Source: Gemmatimonadaceae bacterium (GTDB taxonomy: Bacteria; Gemmatimonadota; Gemmatimonadetes; Gemmatimonadales; Gemmatimonadaceae). From it: 64,000 nucleotides of DNA. Made by a program: the position numbers and the translations under genes. The DNA lies in assembly GCA_031423355.1 (NCBI GenBank), contig JANPFJ010000012.1:7640-71639 (forward strand), written 5' to 3'. Every line of letters begins with the position of its first letter. Position 1 is the stretch's first letter. The notes beneath the pieces were generated by a model. It was given only the letters and a program-made list of their open reading frames with translations, searched no databases and was not told the DNA's origin. Below, piece after piece: positions 63,462-64,000 of the stretch.

Positions 63462-63917
63462 TCAGAGCTTCAGGTTGAACACGATGGAGTCACGTCCCGT
63501 GGCGCTGTTCACGCGGAACTTCACGACCCACCAACCGCCCATGTTGAACTTCATCCCCTCGACGAGATGGTCACCGTTGCCGAGCGCACGCGTGACCTGC
63601 GGCCTGGTCGGAAGCCCGTGACCATGCTGCGGCATGCCGCCGTTCACCGTCAGCGTTGCGCTGTCCACCGGAGTGCCCGCCGCCGTTACGAGGTGCAGGG
63701 TCCACTGCTGCAGCTTGCTCTTGGGGATCGAGTCGCCCTGCGGGTGAATCGTCGCGACGTAGAGCCCGGCCTCGCTCGTGCGGGTTCGCGAGTAGTCCAG
63801 GTCTCTCGGGGCCTTGGCGAACATCATGCAGCCCGTCAACAGGCCGAGGGCAGCGATGGTGCCGAAGCGTGTGATCAAGCGGCCGGGAGTGCGGCGGACG
63901 TCGGTGCGGGTGCGCAT
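63462..63917 (-). CDS. FixH/YtkA-like lipoprotein
   Basis: Lipobox LGLLTGC, then LTVNGGMPQHGHGLP...GMKFNMGGWWVVKF is FixH-like. It lies upstream of the peroxidase gene in the same orientation. Confidence 0.7.
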   Translation of the reverse strand: MRTRTDVRRTPGRLITRFGTIAALGLLTGCMMFAKAPRDLDYSRTRTSEAGLYVATIHPQGDSIPKSKLQQWTLHLVTAAGTPVDSATLTVNGGMPQHGHGLPTRPQVTRALGNGDHLVEGMKFNMGGWWVVKFRVNSATGRDSIVFNLKL

Positions 63918-64000
63918 TGGATCCTCGAGGAGGGATGGTTGGACACGGAAAGGCCACGTCCGGTGGACGTGGCCTCAGGTTATGCTCGCGGGGAGATGCC

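Overview
This is a high-GC window (roughly two-thirds to 70% G+C by eye) of bacterial DNA. It mixes ordinary genes with a heavily rearranged accessory region. The many LADRYRIERELGAGGMATVYLA-type Ser/Thr kinases with TolB-like propeller or TPR tails suggest Gemmatimonadota or Acidobacteriota, but this is inference only.

Ordinary content:
- Three large Ser/Thr kinases, one of which is a pseudogene.
- A serine hydrolase, an M19 dipeptidase and two MFS transporters.
- A two-component block: CheY, a DHp-REC-kinase hybrid, a hybrid histidine kinase, a PBP-like protein and a porin.
- A SARP/BTAD regulator, a TetR-controlled operon, a cytochrome c peroxidase with a FixH-like protein, and several OMP or lipoprotein genes.

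Accessory content:
- At least 8 toxin-antitoxin-type modules of the MazEF, Phd-VapC, HTH-DUF6036 NTase and AbrB-Doc types, plus orphan Phd and RHH genes. Several are decayed.
- A partial RAYT transposase with REP-like repeat clusters.
- Five relics of one IS91-family element, plus IstB and IS630 stubs.
- A ~1.6-kb low-GC insert carrying an acyltransferase-3 gene.
- Seven same-orientation copies of a repeat of up to ~265 bp that translates like an internal piece of epoxyqueuosine reductase (QueG). These copies split 16-54 kb into cassette-like blocks.

Most interesting candidates:
- The repeat-bounded cassette array.
- An 884-aa fusion of a class-III aminotransferase to a cyanobacterial-type acyl-ACP reductase-like domain, which I predict makes fatty amines.
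- A DHp-only/REC/Ser-Thr-kinase hybrid next to a hybrid histidine kinase.
- In-frame minisatellites inside a MazF loop, a TfoX tail and a Phd antitoxin.
- NTase modules translationally coupled to kinases.

No rRNA, intact tRNA or CRISPR array was seen. All domain calls were made by eye from the translations. Repeat coordinates are good to about +/-10 nt.
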